10,209 nucleotides of DNA from the NCBI GenBank assembly GCA_038217285.1, contig JBBQPO010000226.1, positions 1-10,209 on the forward strand. Direction: 5' to 3'. The DNA comes from Chthonomonadales bacterium. Its GTDB lineage: Bacteria; Armatimonadota; Chthonomonadetes; Chthonomonadales; Chthonomonadaceae. The translations under genes were made by a program, and so were the position numbers. Every line of letters begins with the position of its first letter. Within the stretch, counting starts at the first letter, position 1. The notes under the pieces were generated by a model. The model was not told the DNA's origin, did not search any database, and saw only the letters and a list, made by a program, of their open reading frames with translations. Positions 6,963-10,209 of this stretch are shown one piece after another.

Positions 6963-7955
6963 ATGCCTAACATCAACGTTTTGATCCTCATCCACGGAGT
7001 AGTTGAAGAGGCTGTGCCAAGCAACCATGTGCATCAATATGATGCGCTATGGCAGGCGCTGCAGGCTAAAAATCCAGCCCTTACGGGGCGGATGGATGCC
7101 GTTATCCGTGTCGAGTGGGGGCACGCGCCCTTTCCGATTTCTGCGGCGCTTCGGCCCGATGAGAGATTAACGGAAGCCGAGAACACTGTTCTGGATGCCG
7201 TGAGTTACGATAAGATCAAAGCCCATCCGACAGCAGACGATTCCTTCCTGAACTTCCCGCCCGACTTTCTCCAGCGATCGGTCGTACGCCCGCTTACGCG
7301 ACCGATCAAAGAAACCGTCCTGACGCTCGGGATCAGCGACAGTTTCTACTACTGCACTGCGGATGGCGAGCGGGCCGTGCGTGACAATGTCTACTCCCAG
7401 GTGCTGGCAGGATTGGCGCCTTACAAGGCGGCAGACAAGGTCGCTATCCATCTCATCGGCCATAGCCAGGGAGCTACCGTCGGTTTTGACTTCCTTTATG
7501 GCTTGTTCGCCCCTGATTCCGCATATCCGCCCGACGGCGTGCCTGGCTTTGTCAAGGACAACCAGAGTTCTCCCGATAGCGTGCAAGCCTACCTCGACTG
7601 GCGAACCCGCGCACAGCAAGGGAAGCTTGTGCTGGGCTCCAAATCCAGTTTTGGCTGCCAGATCGGCTTGATGATGTTGCGCAAGCAAAAACTGGTGGAT
7701 AAACTGTACAACAAGGAACGCCTGGATCCGACAGTCATTGGCGTTCCGAGGACCGGTTCCGCCAAGTGGAAGATATTCTTCGATACCGACGACATTCTCG
7801 GATTTCCGGCCCGCCGCCTCTTTGACACTGTGGGCTCCATTCGGGAATTTGAAGTCGATTCCGACTGGAATCCGATAACGTCGCATACCGCCTACTGGAC
7901 GACCGACCAGGTTCAGACGGAGATCACGACACTGATCACGCAGAATCTGATCTAA
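6963..7955 (+). CDS. Alpha/beta-hydrolase-fold (lipase/esterase-like) protein, 330 aa
   Basis: GGAGG at 6953-6957 favours ATG 6963 over the track's 6900. LILIHG is an oxyanion-type motif, IHLIGHSQGA is the nucleophile elbow (7458-7472), DTDDILGFP supplies the acid and SHTAYW the His, giving Ser-Asp-His order. No signal peptide. Confidence 0.8.
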   Translation: MPNINVLILIHGVVEEAVPSNHVHQYDALWQALQAKNPALTGRMDAVIRVEWGHAPFPISAALRPDERLTEAENTVLDAVSYDKIKAHPTADDSFLNFPPDFLQRSVVRPLTRPIKETVLTLGISDSFYYCTADGERAVRDNVYSQVLAGLAPYKAADKVAIHLIGHSQGATVGFDFLYGLFAPDSAYPPDGVPGFVKDNQSSPDSVQAYLDWRTRAQQGKLVLGSKSSFGCQIGLMMLRKQKLVDKLYNKERLDPTVIGVPRTGSAKWKIFFDTDDILGFPARRLFDTVGSIREFEVDSDWNPITSHTAYWTTDQVQTEITTLITQNLI

Positions 7956-7957
7956 CT

Positions 7958-8212
7958 TCCGGTGAACATATCTATGTTAAAGGCCTTCTCTATCGCCAGC
8001 GGATCACACAGACCCATTTTCAGGAGTTTCTCAAAGAATGTCCGATTGAACAGCTTACTTCGCTTTACCTCGACAATACGCAGGTGAGCCGTATCGAAGG
8101 ACTGGAGAACGCGGCACGATTGCGAAATCTTTCCCTCAACAATACGCAGGTAAATGAAGAGGAGAAAACGGCGTTTCAGCAGGGCAGAGTTGGGAAGGTA
8201 GATATCTATTGA
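7958..8212 (+). pseudogene. 5'-truncated leucine-rich-repeat protein fragment (not in ORF track)
   Basis: Open frame without a start codon: ...KGLLYRQRITQTHFQEFLKECPIEQLTSLYLDNTQVSRIEGLENAARLRNLSLNNTQVNEEEKTAFQQGRVGKVDIY* (TGA 8210-8212). Two LxxLxLxNTQV repeats are 22 aa apart, mirrored by a 66-bp-period DNA repeat CCTCRACAATACGCAGGT (8068, 8134). Confidence 0.75.
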
Positions 8213-8282
8213 TTACTTCGCACTGCTCCCGCTCCCCCGTCTCCGCCTCGAACATCGCGGTCACGGGAGAGACATCCACGGC

Positions 8283-8330
8283 CCTGCCTCCCCGACCTGG
8301 TGCGATCTAGGCCGGGGAGCGGGAGGCAGG
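8283..8330. terminator. Long GC-rich stem-loop between convergent units
   Basis: CCTGCCTCCC (8283-8292) pairs with GGGAGGCAGG (8321-8330), with further inner pairing, 6 nt past the TIM-barrel stop. An alternative 12-bp pairing exists at 8226-8237/8314-8325. No clear U-tract. Confidence 0.4.
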
Positions 8331-8336
8331 CGCTGC

Positions 8337-9224
8337 TCAGGCCAACGCCGCTTTGCAGTACTGGAAGCATTTGGCGACCTCTTTTACGGGGTCGGAGTCG
8401 GACGGGACCTGGTATTCCAGCTCGATGTCGGCGTAGATCGGCCACTTCTCCTTTTTGAGCAGTTGCAGCACCTCTTTGATCGGCGTCTGGCCCTGGCCCC
8501 AGGGGAGGTTACCGCCGTCGGCGGTGCGATCCTTCAGGTGCAGGCTGAGGATCTTCTTGTGGTACTTCTCGATCACTGGGATCGGCGATTTGCCATGCGT
8601 TCCGGCTACATAGTGACCGATGTCGAAATTAAAGCCGATGTAGTCGCTGATCTGCATCAGCGGGTCGAGGTCTTCGATGGTCGGCACATTGTTCGTGTGA
8701 TTGTGGAACGCGACCCAGATCTTGTGCTTTTCGGCGAATGGCGCGAGGCGTTTGGCCAGTTGGTCGTTGCGCTCGGTGGTGATGGCCTTGCAGCCGAGGG
8801 CTTTCGCTATCTCGAAGTTGAAGTCGATATCGTCGTCGCTCGGGCCGAAGGGGAACTTGTGGATATGGATGTGGACTCCGGCGTCGTGATACATCTTACG
8901 CAGATCCACGCAGCGGGCAAGCTGCTTCGGGCGGTCGGCGGCGTTGCCGTTGATGCCGGCGAAGGAGCGGATCGGTCCGTCCATTAGCTCGGCCTCGCTC
9001 AGGCCGTCCTTTAGGAGGCATTGCAGCGTGTACTCTGCGGTATCCGGGCCACCGCGATAGCTGTAGGTGATAGCGCCGATGTGGACGCCATGAATGACGG
9101 AGTTCGGCTTGGCGCCCCCCGCGCCGAAGACGCGTTGCGATGTGATCGCGCTCGCGGTAAGGGCGGCAGCGCCGCCAAGAAACGCCCGTCTGGTCATGGG
9201 CCTATCGATGATGTGTTGCGTCAT
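8337..9224 (-). CDS. Tat-exported sugar phosphate isomerase/epimerase (AP endonuclease 2 / xylose isomerase-like TIM barrel), 295 aa
   Basis: Twin-arginine signal MTRRAFLGGAAAL. Motifs GAITYSYR, EAELM, AFHNH, NFDIGH, SLHLKD, PWGQGQTP, DIELEY. RBS GAGGAG upstream. Confidence 0.92.
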   Translation of the reverse strand: MTQHIIDRPMTRRAFLGGAAALTASAITSQRVFGAGGAKPNSVIHGVHIGAITYSYRGGPDTAEYTLQCLLKDGLSEAELMDGPIRSFAGINGNAADRPKQLARCVDLRKMYHDAGVHIHIHKFPFGPSDDDIDFNFEIAKALGCKAITTERNDQLAKRLAPFAEKHKIWVAFHNHTNNVPTIEDLDPLMQISDYIGFNFDIGHYVAGTHGKSPIPVIEKYHKKILSLHLKDRTADGGNLPWGQGQTPIKEVLQLLKKEKWPIYADIELEYQVPSDSDPVKEVAKCFQYCKAALA

Positions 9225-9475
9225 TTTTCGCTCCTCGAAATGCGTTTTTTACGTTGGATTTCCGACTGCCAATCCGTCTGATCCCCAGAGGTCCCTGAGA
9301 GGAAGGCGACGGTCGTTCCGCGACGCCCCGCACGGCGCGGATGTTATCAGGGGGAGAAGAGCCTGCGTTTCCCGCTGACGATTCTGGTATTCAGTTTACC
9401 CGCTTTAGACAGAAACCTCATGGCTGCCAACCGCTTGCCCAGATCGTCGGAGAAGCAGTCCATGATAACCTCCAT

Positions 9476-9557
9476 AGACCAGACAGGCATAAAAACAGAC
9501 CAGGCAGGCATAAATATTGATTTGTAATGCCATAAATATTGATTTGTAATGCCATAA
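9476..9557 (+). repeat. Two adjoining tandem duplications (21-bp and 22-bp periods)
   Basis: AGACCAGRCAGGCATAAA occurs at 9476-9493 and 9497-9514. CATAAATATTGATTTGTAATGC occurs exactly at 9509-9530 and 9531-9552, plus partial CATAA at 9553-9557. Confidence 0.9.
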
Positions 9558-9559
9558 GT

Positions 9560-9575
9560 TGGCACGATTTGTGCA
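9560..9575 (+). promoter_or_regulatory. Sigma54 (-24/-12) promoter
   Basis: TGGCACG-ATTT-GTGCA has exact GG-N10-GC spacing and one mismatch to TGGCACG-N4-TTGCW. It points toward the secreted gene at 9714. Confidence 0.75.
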
Positions 9576-9713
9576 TATTCCGTATCTTGGTACAACTTGC
9601 ATACTTGCTTGCTCCAGAGTTCAAGGTAGGCGGTTCTAGGGTCTGGTACGCAGCATCTTTTCAGTATTAAGAATGCCTGCAGCCAAGGGCAGCGTTCATG
9701 GAGGTTCTTAAAC

Positions 9714-10094
9714 ATGCAACAGAGTCGTTTTCTTTCCCTTCTCGGTGCAACGGCACTGACCGTCGCTGGCACCCTGTCTCTCGGCAGCCGCGCGAACGCC
9801 CAGCTTACCCTGACCCCGGCAGGAGTTACGGCCGGTTTCTCCCTCTCGACCTTCGCCGATAACTTTCCGTCCGATGGCAGCATCGGGCCGCTTGGAATCG
9901 CGTTCAATGGCGGGCATGTGATCGTCAGTGATTACCCCGGCAACGTTCGCGTATTTCCGACGGATACAGACGGGCAACACGCGAACCTGGTCGCGGTTGG
10001 ACAGAACTACGGTGCGCACAACGCCGTCGGTCTGGCGACAGTTGGCAGCAACATCTATATGACCCAGCAGATTATTGACCTTCAGGTGATCTAG
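9714..10094 (+). pseudogene. N-terminal part of a secreted beta-rich (NHL/propeller-like, possibly PEP-CTERM-type) protein, probably interrupted near 10073
   Basis: GGAGG RBS (9700-9704), signal peptide ending ANA|Q, blade-like motifs GPLGIAF and AVGLATVGSNIYMTQQ. The ORF then ends abruptly in IIDLQVI*, where the DNA becomes more AT-rich. Confidence 0.65.
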
Positions 10095-10209
10095 CAACGA
10101 ACCGCCCAGGTTTGCGTATTGTGAGTATGAACACCTTAATTCTTACCCGAAAACAGATCCAACAGAAGCGTTACGAAGCCGCCGCTCTCTTTGAGCAAGA
10201 CCTCTCCAA
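10073..10209 (+). mobile_element. Left end of a probable IS630-family insertion sequence (continues beyond window)
   Basis: TA at 10073-10074 at the point where the upstream gene loses coherence, followed by TTGACCTTCAGG (candidate terminal repeat) and a transposase-like ORF start at 10127. IS630 elements insert at TA. The right end is not visible. Confidence 0.55.
10127..10209 (+). CDS. Partial CDS, probable IS630-type transposase N-terminal HTH
   Basis: MNTLILTRKQIQQKRYEAAALFEQDLS... resembles the 'R..A..LF..G.S' lead-in to the IS630 helix-turn-helix. Only 27 codons are visible. Confidence 0.5.
   Translation, partial: MNTLILTRKQIQQKRYEAAALFEQDLS

Noticed and set aside
8063-8155. Two ~20-bp direct repeats 66 bp apart as a mini-CRISPR
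   Set aside because: Explained by two in-frame 22-aa LRR units; only two copies and no cas genes.
9476-9557. Tandem repeats as a CRISPR array or replication iterons
   Set aside because: The repeats are contiguous without unique spacers, there are only two copies of each, and no cas or rep gene is nearby.
9347-9907. 186-aa minus-strand ORF
   Set aside because: It overlaps the secreted gene in antisense and crosses the promoter and repeats; only its last 38 codons have an RBS (reported separately).

Overview
GC-rich bacterial window with a mosaic, accessory-type gene set. The strongest candidate for a novel system is a 702-aa protein (266-2374, +). It fuses a TIR domain directly to only the C-terminal half of a Roc/Ras-like GTPase (G4/G5 motifs, no P-loop), followed by a COR-like region, a CxxC-CxxC zinc ribbon and a DUF4365-like PD-(D/E)xK nuclease, which suggests a one-gene, two-effector defence protein. 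Other genes: a secreted DUF1080 protein, a vapBC-type toxin-antitoxin pair, a large secreted unknown protein, a probably 3'-truncated secreted protein, a GHSQG alpha/beta-hydrolase behind a near-consensus sigma70 promoter, a start-less LRR fragment absent from the ORF track, and a Tat-exported TIM-barrel sugar isomerase/epimerase. An orphan IS200/IS605 (TnpB-type) right end / omegaRNA-like scaffold abuts the vapBC promoter. A sigma54-preceded secreted gene appears to be interrupted by an IS630-like element that runs off the window. REP-like palindromes occupy the first 100 bp. All family assignments come from motif recognition by eye; no searches were run.
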